The position numbers were made by a program, and so were the translations under genes. A stretch of DNA of 64,000 nt from Candidatus Palauibacter soopunensis (GTDB taxonomy: Bacteria; Gemmatimonadota; Gemmatimonadetes; Palauibacterales; Palauibacteraceae), in assembly GCF_947581735.1 (NCBI RefSeq), contig NZ_CANPVT010000026.1:8841-72840 (forward strand), given 5' to 3'. Below the pieces are notes generated by a model. It was given only the letters and a program-made list of their open reading frames with translations. It ran no database searches and was not told the origin of the DNA. Positions 1 through 9,402 of the stretch are shown here, piece after piece. Numbering within the stretch: the first letter of the stretch is position 1; each line of letters begins with the position of its first letter.

Positions 1-531
1 ATCGATCCCCTCACCGCGGACCCGGACGTCTTCCGCGAGACGCTCACGGCCCGCAACCACACGCTGAAGCGGGCGCTCACGGACCCGCGGCTCTTCTCGG
101 GCATCGGCAACGCGTATTCCGACGAGATCCTGCACCGGGCGAGGCTGTCGCCGATCAAGTGGACGAGCCGGCTCGACGACGAGGAGATTGGCCGGCTCCG
201 CGAAGCCACGCGCCATACGCTCGAGCAATGGACGTGCCGGCTGCGCGACGAGCTGGCGGGGGAGTTCCCGGAGAAGGTGACCGCGTTCCACGACGAGATG
301 GCGGTGCACGGGAAGTACGGGCGGCCGTGTCCGGAGTGCGCGGCGCCGGTGCAGCGGATCCGATACGCGGACAACGAAACGAACTACTGCGCCGCCTGCC
401 AGACCGGCGGAAAGGTGCTGGCGGACCGGGCCCTCTCCCGGCTGCTGGGAAAGGACTGGCCCCGCAGCCTGGAAGCGCTCGAAGAGCTTCGGTCGGGAGG
501 GCCGGAGCCGGCCCCCGGGGACGGCGCGTGA
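1..531 (+). CDS. Fpg/Nei-family DNA glycosylase, C-terminal part (5' truncated by window edge)
   Basis: Frame 1 is open from nt 1. It has an H2TH-like segment ([23 protein letters not shown]) and a C4 zinc finger (CPEC...CAAC) typical of the Fpg/Nei C-terminus. Stop TGA at 529-531. Confidence 0.8.
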   Translation: MDPLTADPDVFRETLTARNHTLKRALTDPRLFSGIGNAYSDEILHRARLSPIKWTSRLDDEEIGRLREATRHTLEQWTCRLRDELAGEFPEKVTAFHDEMAVHGKYGRPCPECAAPVQRIRYADNETNYCAACQTGGKVLADRALSRLLGKDWPRSLEALEELRSGGPEPAPGDGA

Positions 532-800
532 TTCGCTACCACTACCACACGTCGCGGAAGGACATCCCCCGCCTCGGGATCGCGAAGGGGGACCCGCTGT
601 GCCACGTCTACAGCGATGTCTCCCGCGAGGAACTGGAGGCGTGGGGCCGGCGGCACGGCCTCGAGCCCGCGTGGATCCACGACTCGACGCTCCCGCACTT
701 CGACGCCTTCGGCGCCCGCCTGGAGTGGTGCGGCCCGGCCGTGACGCGGGCGGAACTAAAGGATCACATCCGCGCCTGGCGCGCCCGCAGGAGAGCTTAG
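528..800 (+). CDS. DUF4031-like small protein (about 90 aa)
   Basis: GTG at 528 overlaps the fpg stop (GTGA). The conserved pattern H..D..EL..FA..GL...W......PH.D...R..A is recalled from DUF4031 members. It is the only coding-like part of the spurious 159..800 ORF. Confidence 0.45.
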   Translation: MIRYHYHTSRKDIPRLGIAKGDPLCHVYSDVSREELEAWGRRHGLEPAWIHDSTLPHFDAFGARLEWCGPAVTRAELKDHIRAWRARRRA

Positions 801-814
801 GCTGGTTCTGCCGA

Positions 815-2983
815 TTACCAGGTGGCGAGTTCCACGATCGCTTCGGCGATATCGTCGACCTGCGGCAGGGACGCGTTCTCGAGCGACGGCGCGTAGCCGA
901 TGAAGGTGTCCGTCGAGGTGATCCGCCGGATCGGCGCATCGAGCCACTCGAACAGTTCATCGGCCAGGCGGGCCGATATCTCGGCCCCGTAGCCCCACGA
1001 TTTCGCATCCTCGTAGGCCACGAGCACGCGGTTCGTCTTCATCACGGAGCGGCGGATGGAATCCATGTCGACCGGGTTCAGCGACCGCAGGTCGATGAGG
1101 TCCGCCCGCACCGGCTCCCCCGCCCGGTCGAGCTTCAGGAGCGCCTTGCGCGTGCGCTCCACCATCGCCCCGTACGTGACGATCGTGAGATCGTCGCCCT
1201 CCGCGAGGAGCGCGGCCTTGCCGAACGGGATCATGTACTCGGGCCCCGGATAGACGCCCTTGTTGTACGTCTGCCGGTACAGGTGCTTGTGCTCGAGGAA
1301 GAGCACCGGGTCGTCGCACCGGATCGCGGTCCGCAGGAGCCCGTTCGCGTCGACCGCGTTCGAGGGGCAGATCACGTGCATGCCGGGCGTGTGCGTGAAG
1401 AGCGAGGCGCCCGTCTGCGAATGGTACATCGCGCCGCCCGAGATATAGCCGCCGTACGTGGTCCGGATGACGAGCGGGCACTTCCAGTGTCCCGCGGAGC
1501 GCCAGCGGAAGGTCGCGACCTCGTTCCGGAACTGGTGGTAGGCGGGCCAGATGTAGTCGAAGAACTGGACTTCGGCGACCGGCTTCAGCCCGCGCACGGC
1601 GAGACCCACGGCGCGTCCGACGATGTTCGCCTCCGCGAGGGGCGCGTTGTACACCCGCAGCGACCCGAACTCGCGCTGCAGCCCGTACGTCACCTTGAAG
1701 ACGCCGCCCTTGCCCTTCACCTCATCGAGGATCTCCTCGCGGCTCGCGTCCGCCACATCCTGCCCGAACACGACGATCCGCGGATCGCGCCGCATCTCGT
1801 CGCGGATGCAGGCGTTGAGCAGGTCGACCATCGTCTTCGGATTCCCCTCGGGGTCGGGCCGGGCCTCCGTTTCGAAGGCGCTCGAGGTGGGGTCGACATC
1901 GTGCGAGTACACATGGGCGTAGACGGTCTCGGGGCCCGGCTGCGGACGGGTCATGGCCCGGTCCGCCGCGTCGGCCACATCGGCCTTGATCTCCGCCTTG
2001 AGCGATTCGAGTGCGTCGGCCTCGATCACGCCTTCCCGAACGAGGTAGTCGGCGAAGGTGAGGAGCGGGTCGCGCGCGGACTCGAGTTCCCGTTCGCCAT
2101 CGGACTTGTAGAGCCGCTCATCGTCGGACATCGAGTGGCTGTAGGGGCGGGTGACATGCGCATGAACGAGCGCCGGACCCTGGCCGGACCGCACGTATCG
2201 TGCGGCGCGCCGCATGACGACATAGCTCTCGAGCGGATCCGTTCCATCGACCTCTTCGACGTGGAGGTTCGGGAAGTTCCGCACGAGACTCGAGATGCTG
2301 CCCCCGGCGGTGTTGACTTCCACCGGCACGGAGATCGCGTATCCGTTGTCCTCCACGAGGAAGAGGATGGGAAGCTGCAGGTTGGAGGCGGTGTTCATCG
2401 CCTCCCAGAACTCTCCTTCCGAGGTCGTGCCGTCCCCCGTGCAAACGAGCACGATCTCATCCGACTCCACGTGCGGGGCGACCGCGTCGAGCCCGTCGAG
2501 GCCGGCGGTCCGGGCGCGCACGATGCCCTCCGCGCACCCCACCGCCTGGTTGAACTGGGTGCCCGTCGGACTGGAAGGCGTGACGAGGCGCAGGGCCGGG
2601 GAACCGAAGTGCGCCGGCATCTGCCGTCCGCCCGTCGATGGATCCTCCTCCGCCCCGACCGCGCCGAGGAACATCTCGTACGGCGACATGCCGAGTTCGA
2701 GGCAGAGCGCGCGGTCGCGGTAGTACGTGAAGAACCAGTCGTAGCCGGGTCTGAGCGCGCGTCCCGCCGCGACGAGGAGCGCCTCGTGTCCGGCGCCGGA
2801 GATCTGGAAGAAGATGCGGTTCTGCCGCTTCATCGCGATTTCGCGGTCGTCGATCGTCCTCGACGTGTACATCACGCGATACATCGCGAGCAGGTCCTCG
2901 GCCTGGAGGTCCCGCCATTCGGGGCGGGCGAGGGCGCTGAGCGCGCGCTCCAGGTCGTCGGTCTGGTCGATAGGGGTTGCCAT
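815..2983 (-). CDS. Fused alpha/beta E1 component of a 2-oxoacid dehydrogenase, TPP-dependent (722 aa)
   Basis: N-terminal alpha-like part with TPP-binding GDG..(N) motif ([17 protein letters not shown]); C-terminal transketolase-like beta part. The ORF fills the interval and is in frame throughout. Confidence 0.85.
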   Translation of the reverse strand: MATPIDQTDDLERALSALARPEWRDLQAEDLLAMYRVMYTSRTIDDREIAMKRQNRIFFQISGAGHEALLVAAGRALRPGYDWFFTYYRDRALCLELGMSPYEMFLGAVGAEEDPSTGGRQMPAHFGSPALRLVTPSSPTGTQFNQAVGCAEGIVRARTAGLDGLDAVAPHVESDEIVLVCTGDGTTSEGEFWEAMNTASNLQLPILFLVEDNGYAISVPVEVNTAGGSISSLVRNFPNLHVEEVDGTDPLESYVVMRRAARYVRSGQGPALVHAHVTRPYSHSMSDDERLYKSDGERELESARDPLLTFADYLVREGVIEADALESLKAEIKADVADAADRAMTRPQPGPETVYAHVYSHDVDPTSSAFETEARPDPEGNPKTMVDLLNACIRDEMRRDPRIVVFGQDVADASREEILDEVKGKGGVFKVTYGLQREFGSLRVYNAPLAEANIVGRAVGLAVRGLKPVAEVQFFDYIWPAYHQFRNEVATFRWRSAGHWKCPLVIRTTYGGYISGGAMYHSQTGASLFTHTPGMHVICPSNAVDANGLLRTAIRCDDPVLFLEHKHLYRQTYNKGVYPGPEYMIPFGKAALLAEGDDLTIVTYGAMVERTRKALLKLDRAGEPVRADLIDLRSLNPVDMDSIRRSVMKTNRVLVAYEDAKSWGYGAEISARLADELFEWLDAPIRRITSTDTFIGYAPSLENASLPQVDDIAEAIVELATW

Positions 2984-3035
2984 GTGGCGGGAATCTAATC
3001 GTCCCTCCGGCGTCTAGAAACCGTCCCTCCGACGT

Positions 3036-3728
3036 CTAGAAGCCGACCGTGCGAAAGCGGCGCAGTTGCGGGAGAATCGAGGTGGAGTGGTCCCCGATCG
3101 GGTCGCCGTCGCCGCTCTCGGGCATGAGCTGGCTCAGCGCGTGCAGCATCGCGACGGCGTAGTCGGAGAACGCCCGGTAGGGCGGCGCGTGGCGAAACCC
3201 CCACGCTCCCGGCGGAAGCAGGAGGAGCCAGCGCAGGTCCCCCGCCAGCTCGATGAGGTCCCCTTCATCCAGCGCCAGCTTCGGTTCGCCCATGGCCAGC
3301 CGCGTCAGCGCCGCCATGAAGAGGGCCGAAGCTTCCGGGGAGAGCAGTTCGAGGTCGGGATAGCGCGCCAGAACCCGAGTGGCGAACGAGCGCTCCCCGT
3401 CCGCCGGCGATCCCGCCTTCGTCTCGAGCCCCTCGGGCGCGGCGAGTCGCTCGGCGATCGTCGTCGGCTCGCCGTCGCCCAGAATCAGCCACTCGAGTCG
3501 GAGGCGAGGGAAGGCGCGCTTCAGCGCCGCCAGGAACTCGGCGCGCGGGCCCGCCCGCGAGGACCCGCCGGCCTCCCGTTCGTAGTTCGAGAGCGTGCCG
3601 AGGCTTACGCGCGCGTGCTCGGACAACTCCGCGTTGACGCGGCTGCGAAAATCGCGTAACGACAGTCCCTGAACATCTTTACGGAAGAATCGCATCCGTG
3701 ATTGAACAGTGTCCATATATCTGAACAT
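3036..3728 (-). CDS. XRE-family HTH transcriptional regulator (N-terminal HTH, uncharacterised C-terminal domain)
   Basis: N-terminal LSLRDFRSRVNAELSEHARVSLGTLSNYE looks like a helix-turn-helix. Divergent to the DUF5916 gene. The start could be a downstream in-frame codon. Confidence 0.5.
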   Translation of the reverse strand: MFRYMDTVQSRMRFFRKDVQGLSLRDFRSRVNAELSEHARVSLGTLSNYEREAGGSSRAGPRAEFLAALKRAFPRLRLEWLILGDGEPTTIAERLAAPEGLETKAGSPADGERSFATRVLARYPDLELLSPEASALFMAALTRLAMGEPKLALDEGDLIELAGDLRWLLLLPPGAWGFRHAPPYRAFSDYAVAMLHALSQLMPESGDGDPIGDHSTSILPQLRRFRTVGF

Positions 3729-3862
3729 AGCGATGGTTCGTTCGCCGCTGCAACCGCGCGGAGCCGGTACGTGTTAGGTTTTCCGACGCGGCCACCGTCC
3801 GGGCGCCTGGACGCCCGGCGGGACCGGGCATGTGCAGGTCCACTCTCCAAGGCATTCGTCAT

Positions 3863-6160
3863 ATGAATTTCCGAAGAAACCATCGTCTCCCCGCCCGTCG
3901 ACTCAGCCGTCGACCCGGGTTCGGGATCGCCTGTCTCATCGCCCTGTTGGTGCCGGCCGCGGAGTTGCGCGCGCAGGACGGTCCCGGGCAGCACGAACCG
4001 GAAGAGGCGCCGCCTCCGCCGCTGGAGGGTCTCGCGGTCCGCGCGGCGCAGGCTCCCGTCGTCGATGGCGTCCTGGACGATGCGGCCTGGAGCGGGGCAC
4101 CGGTGATGACGGACTTCATCCAGCGCGAGCCCTTTGACGGGCAGCCGGCGTCCGAGCGCACCGAAGTGCGCATGGTGTTCGATGACGAGGCAATCTACAT
4201 CGGGGTCTGGGCTCTCGACGGGGACCCCGCGGGGATCATCCCCGGGGACCGGATCCGGGACGCCGAGGTTTCCGAGGCCGACCACATCCTGCTCGCGTTC
4301 GACACCTATCACGACTACCAGAACGCGTTCGTGTTCGGGACGACCCCGGCGGGCATCGAGTACGACGGACAGGTCGCCAACGAAGGCCGCGGAGGCGGTT
4401 TCTTCCTGGGGGGCGGCTTCATCACCCAGCGGCGAATGCAGTCGGGCGCCGGCGGAGGCTTCAACAAGAACTGGGATGGCTCGTGGAACGTCGCGACGAG
4501 CCGCGACGGCGAGGGCTGGTACGCCGAGTTCCGGATTCCCTTCAACACGCTCCGCTACGGGACCGACCCGACGTGGGGCTTCAACGTCTCCCGCCAGATC
4601 CGGCGCCGGAACGAGGAATCCTTCTGGTCCGCCGTCCCACGCGAGTTCAGCCTCTACCGGCTCAACTACGCGGGCCACCTGACGGGGCTCCAGCTTCCCT
4701 TCCGGCGGCTCGGCTCGGTCACGCCGTACATGCTGGGTTCGACGGCGCGGGATTACGCGGGCGGGCAGACGGCGTTCGACCGGAACTACGAGTTCGGCGG
4801 CGAGGCGAAGCTCCAGCTTACGCGGGGGATGACGCTCGACGCGACGTACAACACGGACTTCGCGCAGGTCGAAGTGGACGACCAGCAGGTCAACCTCACG
4901 CGCTTCAGCCTGCTCTTCCCGGAAAAGCGCCCCTTCTTTCTCGAGAACGCGGGCTTCTTCGCGGTCGGGGGCGGCGGGGCGGATCTCTTCTTCAGCCGCC
5001 GCATCGGCATCGCCAACGGCCGGCAGGTCCCGATCACCGGCGGCGCCCGCGTGTCGGGGCGCGCGGCCGGATTCAACGTCGGGATGCTGCACATCGGGAC
5101 CGACGGAATCGAGGGCGTCCAGGGCGCGAACGCGTATTCAGTCGCCCGCGTGGCGCGCGAGCTGCCGAACCGGTCGCGGATCGGCGGCGCCTTCATCAGC
5201 CGCGACGGGAGCGCTTCCGGCGATTACAACCGGACCTACGCGGTGGATGGACAACTGGGACTGGGGGAGGCGTGGACGTTGACGGCGTGGGGGGCGAGGA
5301 CGGCGACCCCCGGATTGACGGACGCGGACCAGGCCTTCGACGCGACCTTCGGCCTCACGACCCGCAAGTGGCGGGGGAACGTCCAGTATCAGTACTTCGG
5401 CGAGAACTTCAACCCTGAAGTGGGCTTCCTGCGGCGGGCGGGCCACCAGTACTACCAGGTCTTTCTGATGCACAACATCCATCCGGCCGAGACCTTCCGC
5501 GAGATCCGCCCGCACGTCTCGTACTACACCTTCCGGAGCGACAAGACGGGCGTGCAGCCGGGGTTCGAGGAGTCGGCCCGGCTCCACATCGACACGCACT
5601 GGGAGTTCAACGACGGGATGGAGGCCCACACCGGCGTCAACTGGGTTCGGGAAGGGCTGTACGAACCGTTCACGATCTTCGGCACGGACGTCACCGTGCC
5701 CACCGGCACGTACGACGGGTGGGAGACGCAGCTGCGCTTCTGGACGAACGAATCGGCGAAGGTCTCCTTCAACAGCGGGGCGAACATCGGCTCGTTCCTG
5801 TCGGGTTCGCGCCGCAGCCTGAACGGGACGCTGACCGTGCGGCCGGGCTCGTCGTTCAGCACGTCGCTCCGGCTCGACTACAACAACGTCACGCTGGAAC
5901 ACGGGGACTTCGTCACGACCCTGGCCGGGGTGAACTTCGGATACTTCTTCACGCCGCGGATCTACCTGCAGTCGCTCGTCCAGTACTCGACGCAGCTCGA
6001 CACCTTCTCCGCCAACGTCCGGTTCGGGTGGCTCAACACGGCGGGGACCGGCCTGTTCATCGTCTACAACGACATCCAGGGGATCCAGGATCTGCATGGG
6101 CCGCAGGGCCGCTCGCTGATCGTCAAGTTCAGCCGGCAGTTCAACGTCCTCGGGGGCTAG
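3863..6160 (+). CDS. DUF5916 / carbohydrate-binding-family-9-like outer-membrane beta-barrel protein
   Basis: Signal peptide (MNFRRNHRLPARRLS...LVPAAELRAQD). The sequence is rich in G/Y/F/W and alternates like a beta-barrel. An alternative start is ATG 3830. Confidence 0.6.
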   Translation: MNFRRNHRLPARRLSRRPGFGIACLIALLVPAAELRAQDGPGQHEPEEAPPPPLEGLAVRAAQAPVVDGVLDDAAWSGAPVMTDFIQREPFDGQPASERTEVRMVFDDEAIYIGVWALDGDPAGIIPGDRIRDAEVSEADHILLAFDTYHDYQNAFVFGTTPAGIEYDGQVANEGRGGGFFLGGGFITQRRMQSGAGGGFNKNWDGSWNVATSRDGEGWYAEFRIPFNTLRYGTDPTWGFNVSRQIRRRNEESFWSAVPREFSLYRLNYAGHLTGLQLPFRRLGSVTPYMLGSTARDYAGGQTAFDRNYEFGGEAKLQLTRGMTLDATYNTDFAQVEVDDQQVNLTRFSLLFPEKRPFFLENAGFFAVGGGGADLFFSRRIGIANGRQVPITGGARVSGRAAGFNVGMLHIGTDGIEGVQGANAYSVARVARELPNRSRIGGAFISRDGSASGDYNRTYAVDGQLGLGEAWTLTAWGARTATPGLTDADQAFDATFGLTTRKWRGNVQYQYFGENFNPEVGFLRRAGHQYYQVFLMHNIHPAETFREIRPHVSYYTFRSDKTGVQPGFEESARLHIDTHWEFNDGMEAHTGVNWVREGLYEPFTIFGTDVTVPTGTYDGWETQLRFWTNESAKVSFNSGANIGSFLSGSRRSLNGTLTVRPGSSFSTSLRLDYNNVTLEHGDFVTTLAGVNFGYFFTPRIYLQSLVQYSTQLDTFSANVRFGWLNTAGTGLFIVYNDIQGIQDLHGPQGRSLIVKFSRQFNVLGG

Positions 6161-6597
6161 TGCCGAGGCTCCTCTTCGTCTGCGTGGAGAACTCCTGCCG
6201 CAGCCAGATGGCGGAGGCGTTCGCACGCATGTTGACGGGTGACGGCGTGGAGGCGTCGAGCGGGGGTTCAAGGCCTTCGGGCGTCGTGAATCCGCGGGCG
6301 ATCGAGTCCATGGCGGAGTTGGGCTACGATCTCGGCGTCCACCGGTCGGAGGGGTTGGACGACGTGCCGCCCGGGCCGTTCGATGCGGTCGTGACGATGG
6401 GGTGCGGCGACGCGTGTCCGCACGTGCCCGCCCGGCGGCGGGAGGACTGGGAGGTGCGGGACCCGAAGGATCTGCCGGCGGAGGAGTTCCGCGCGGTGCG
6501 GGACGACATTCGCCGGCGGGTGGCCGCGTTGCTCGCGGATCTCGGCGTGGCGCCCGGGGCGGAGGCGACGGGCCCCGGAGGGCCTCCCGGGGCGTGA
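6160..6597 (+). CDS. arsC: Arsenate reductase (thioredoxin-coupled, LMW-PTP family)
   Basis: P-loop LFVCVENSCRSQMAEAF (CX5R) plus downstream MGCGDACP redox cysteines. GTG start overlaps the upstream stop; stop TGA at 6595-6597. Confidence 0.7.
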   Translation: MPRLLFVCVENSCRSQMAEAFARMLTGDGVEASSGGSRPSGVVNPRAIESMAELGYDLGVHRSEGLDDVPPGPFDAVVTMGCGDACPHVPARRREDWEVRDPKDLPAEEFRAVRDDIRRRVAALLADLGVAPGAEATGPGGPPGA

Positions 6598-7304
6598 GCG
6601 GGCCGGACAGGTCGCTCGTGATCGTGGCCGGCGGACGTTCACGCCGCCTCGGCCGCGACAAGCCGCTGGTCGAGATCGGCGGCCGCACCGTGCTGTCGCG
6701 GATCCTGGAAGCCACGGCGCGGTTCGAGGACGTGGTCCTGGCGGTACGCGAAGTGCCGCCCTTCCGGCGCGCCCTCGCGGCGGAGGGCTGGGAAGCCGAC
6801 ACGGAACGTGTCGCCCCCCCGCCGGGCTCCGTCGCGCTCCGCGGCCCCGAAGGCCGCGCCCTCCTCATCGTGCCCGACCCCGTGCCCGACCTCGGCCCCC
6901 TCGCCGGCGTGGCCTCCGGGGTGAACGCGGCGCGCGGCGCGATCTGCGTCGTGCTGGCGGGCGACCTCCCCTTCGTCACGCCGGATCTCGTCGACCGCTT
7001 GAGCCGTGAACTCGAGGGCGACGCCGAGTCGGACGCCGTCGTGCCGCACGCGCGCGGCCGGACCCAGCCGCTGTGCGCCGCCTATCGGGGAGAGGTCGGC
7101 TGGCTGGCCAGCCGGCTCGTGGCGCGTCCTGCCGCGTCCGGCGACCCGTCCCCGTCGATGATGAGCTTCCTCGAGCGGTTGCGGGTGCGAACCGTCACGG
7201 CGGAACAACTGGCCGGGATCGGCGACCTCGAGACGATGATCCGCGGCGTGGACAGCCGGGCCGACCTGGACTGGGCCGAACGGAGCGCCGACCGATCCGA
7301 CTAG
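6594..7304 (+). CDS. mobA: Molybdenum cofactor guanylyltransferase
   Basis: LVIVAGGRSRRLGRDKPL nucleotide-binding motif and LAGDLPFV. GTG 6594 overlaps the arsC stop (GTGA). The longer ORF from 6402 is a low-complexity Gly/Arg extension, so I rejected it as N-terminus. Confidence 0.75.
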   Translation: MSGPDRSLVIVAGGRSRRLGRDKPLVEIGGRTVLSRILEATARFEDVVLAVREVPPFRRALAAEGWEADTERVAPPPGSVALRGPEGRALLIVPDPVPDLGPLAGVASGVNAARGAICVVLAGDLPFVTPDLVDRLSRELEGDAESDAVVPHARGRTQPLCAAYRGEVGWLASRLVARPAASGDPSPSMMSFLERLRVRTVTAEQLAGIGDLETMIRGVDSRADLDWAERSADRSD

Positions 7305-7316
7305 CGTTACGTTACG

Positions 7317-8537
7317 CTAGAACCCGGCCGCCACCTCTCCCAGAGCGGCTACCGCATCGTCGAGTTGCCGGTCGCTGAGATAGGGGGCCGGGCCCAGCCG
7401 CAGCAGGTCGTCGCGGTAGTCCGTCGCCACGCCCCGTGCCGCGAGGGCTTCGTGGAAGTCCCGTGCCCGCGGCGTGCGGAGCGCGAGGAAGCCGCCCACC
7501 GCCTCGGGCGGCGTCTCCCGGTCGCGGTCCAGGAGTTCAGGATCCGCGTCGAGCCCGTCGAACCCGCGCGTGAGACGGTCCATCTGATGCCGGCTCACCG
7601 CGCGCAGAAACTCCGGAGAGAGTCCCCGCTCCCGGAAGAAGTCGAACACTTCGGCGGCACGGTAGTGGCTCGTCGGATCGTATGTGCTGCCCGCGAACCG
7701 TTCCGCTCCCGGCCCGTACCTCACCCGCCCCGCGTCCTCCCCCCCGTGCAGCGTCGAAAACTCCGCGAACCACCCCGTGATGGCGGGGCGCAGCCGGCAG
7801 CCCGGCGGCACCCGCAGGAAGCAGTTCCCCTCGCCGAGCTGGCAGTACTTGTACCCGCCGCCCACCACGAACGCGCCTTCAAGTCCGAGGCTCGAGAGAT
7901 CGAAGGGGATCGCGTTCAGCGCGTGATAGGCGTCCACGAGGAGATGGGCCCCCACCCCTTCGCAGCGTTCCGCCACGCGGTCGAGCCCGCCGACGATGCG
8001 GGCGTCCCGGTAGAGGACGGCGGAGACCAGCACCCCCGCCGTCTCGTCGTCCGTCGCGAGGCCGAGCCGCTCGGACAGTGAGTCGATCGGGTCCACGGGC
8101 ACGCGAACGATGGACAGCCCCTCCTCCTCCAAGCGGTCGAGCTGGCGTCGGATGGAGTGAAACTCCCCGGCGGTCGTGACGAGGCGGGGCCGCGCGCGCA
8201 GGGGCAGGGCGGAGAGCAGGCGGACAACGAGTTCGTGCGTGTTCGAGCCCAGGGCGTAGTCCCCGTCGTCCGGACGTTCCGGGCGGCCGAGAAGTTCGGC
8301 GTACCCGGTGCGTACCCGGTTCCCGCGGGCGAACGCCTCCTCCCACTTCCCGTCCACCAGGCGGGCGGCGTCCTCCCAGGCCCGGAGCTGTCCCGCGAAT
8401 CCGCAGTCGGGCCACGCCTGGTGCGAATGGCCCGTGAGGAGCAGCCGCTCCGAGACCCGGAAGCGGGAGTAGTGTGGAGCGAGCGCGTTCGGCTCCCGGT
8501 ACAGGTCCTCCGGCGCGAAGCTAGTGTGGTGTCGCAT
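7317..8537 (-). CDS. kynU: Kynureninase (PLP-dependent)
   Basis: 406 aa, aminotransferase class V-like with kynureninase-type N-terminus (RFRV...LLTGHSHQAWPD). Lies immediately downstream of a tryptophan 2,3-dioxygenase gene. Confidence 0.8.
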   Translation of the reverse strand: MRHHTSFAPEDLYREPNALAPHYSRFRVSERLLLTGHSHQAWPDCGFAGQLRAWEDAARLVDGKWEEAFARGNRVRTGYAELLGRPERPDDGDYALGSNTHELVVRLLSALPLRARPRLVTTAGEFHSIRRQLDRLEEEGLSIVRVPVDPIDSLSERLGLATDDETAGVLVSAVLYRDARIVGGLDRVAERCEGVGAHLLVDAYHALNAIPFDLSSLGLEGAFVVGGGYKYCQLGEGNCFLRVPPGCRLRPAITGWFAEFSTLHGGEDAGRVRYGPGAERFAGSTYDPTSHYRAAEVFDFFRERGLSPEFLRAVSRHQMDRLTRGFDGLDADPELLDRDRETPPEAVGGFLALRTPRARDFHEALAARGVATDYRDDLLRLGPAPYLSDRQLDDAVAALGEVAAGF

Positions 8538-8546
8538 GAATCCTGG

Positions 8547-9350
8547 TCACAGGTCGGTGCGGATCGCCCACAGGTCGGGAAATACGGGGCGGTTCAGCGA
8601 CTTCCTCAGGTAGGCGGCGCCTCCGGTCTGGCCGGTCCCGGGCCGCGCCCCGATCGTGCGCTCCACCATCTTCACATGCCGGTAGCGCCACTCCTGAAGT
8701 CCCTCGTCGAGGTCCACGAATCGCTCGCACAACTGGACGAGCTGCGGATCCTCCCGGTACAGCCGGATGAGGGCGGCCCGCACGCCCGCGGATGGCTCGG
8801 TCGGCGCCGTGACGTCCCGCTCCAGGTCCTCCGCCGGGATCGCGTACCCGCGCGCGTGGAGAAAGCGAAGGAAGGCCGCCCACAGCGACGGCGCCTCGTA
8901 GCGGGATTCGAGCCGCCGGCGCGCGTCGCTTCCAGCCGGGTATCGGTCGAAGACGTCCCACCGCTTGTGGCCGAGAATGAATTCAAGCTCGCGGAACTGG
9001 TACGATTGCAGGCCGCTCGCCTCCTCCAGCCTCTGCCGGAAGGCGAGGAACTCCAGCGGACGCATCGTCTCGAGGATGTCCAGCTGGGCGACCTGGACCT
9101 TCAGGATCGTGAGGATGCGTTCCATCGTATGGAGGAGCCGCGGCATGTCGTCCGCACCCATCCGGTCGCACGCGAACTCGAGTTCGTGCAGAAGCTGCTT
9201 GAACCACAACTCGTATACCTGGTGGATGATGATGAACAGCATCTCATCGTGCTCGCGGCTCCCGTCCTCGCCCGATTGCTCCACCTGGAGCGACAGCAGC
9301 TCGTCAAGGTGCAGGTACCCCGAATAGGTCAGGTATTTTCCGTGCGCCAT
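8547..9350 (-). CDS. kynA: Tryptophan 2,3-dioxygenase
   Basis: MAHGKYLTYSGYLHLDELLSLQ... and IIIHQVYELWFKQ are the TDO signature region. ATG 9350 is preceded by GGAGGGA. The upstream in-frame ATG 9389 is less likely. Confidence 0.85.
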   Translation of the reverse strand: MAHGKYLTYSGYLHLDELLSLQVEQSGEDGSREHDEMLFIIIHQVYELWFKQLLHELEFACDRMGADDMPRLLHTMERILTILKVQVAQLDILETMRPLEFLAFRQRLEEASGLQSYQFRELEFILGHKRWDVFDRYPAGSDARRRLESRYEAPSLWAAFLRFLHARGYAIPAEDLERDVTAPTEPSAGVRAALIRLYREDPQLVQLCERFVDLDEGLQEWRYRHVKMVERTIGARPGTGQTGGAAYLRKSLNRPVFPDLWAIRTDL

Positions 9351-9402
9351 GAATCTCCCTCCGGCGGCCCGCCCTCGGGCTCGCGTCATCAGGCCCGCAT
9401 CC

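Noticed and set aside
599-2998. 799-aa plus-strand ORF
   Set aside because: It is entirely antisense to the well-supported fused E1 alpha/beta gene. It is Arg/Gly/Pro-rich and low-complexity, the typical high-GC antisense artefact.
5138-6979. 613-aa minus-strand ORF spanning the DUF5916, arsC and mobA genes
   Set aside because: It overlaps three well-supported plus-strand genes and is Pro/Arg/Ser low-complexity.
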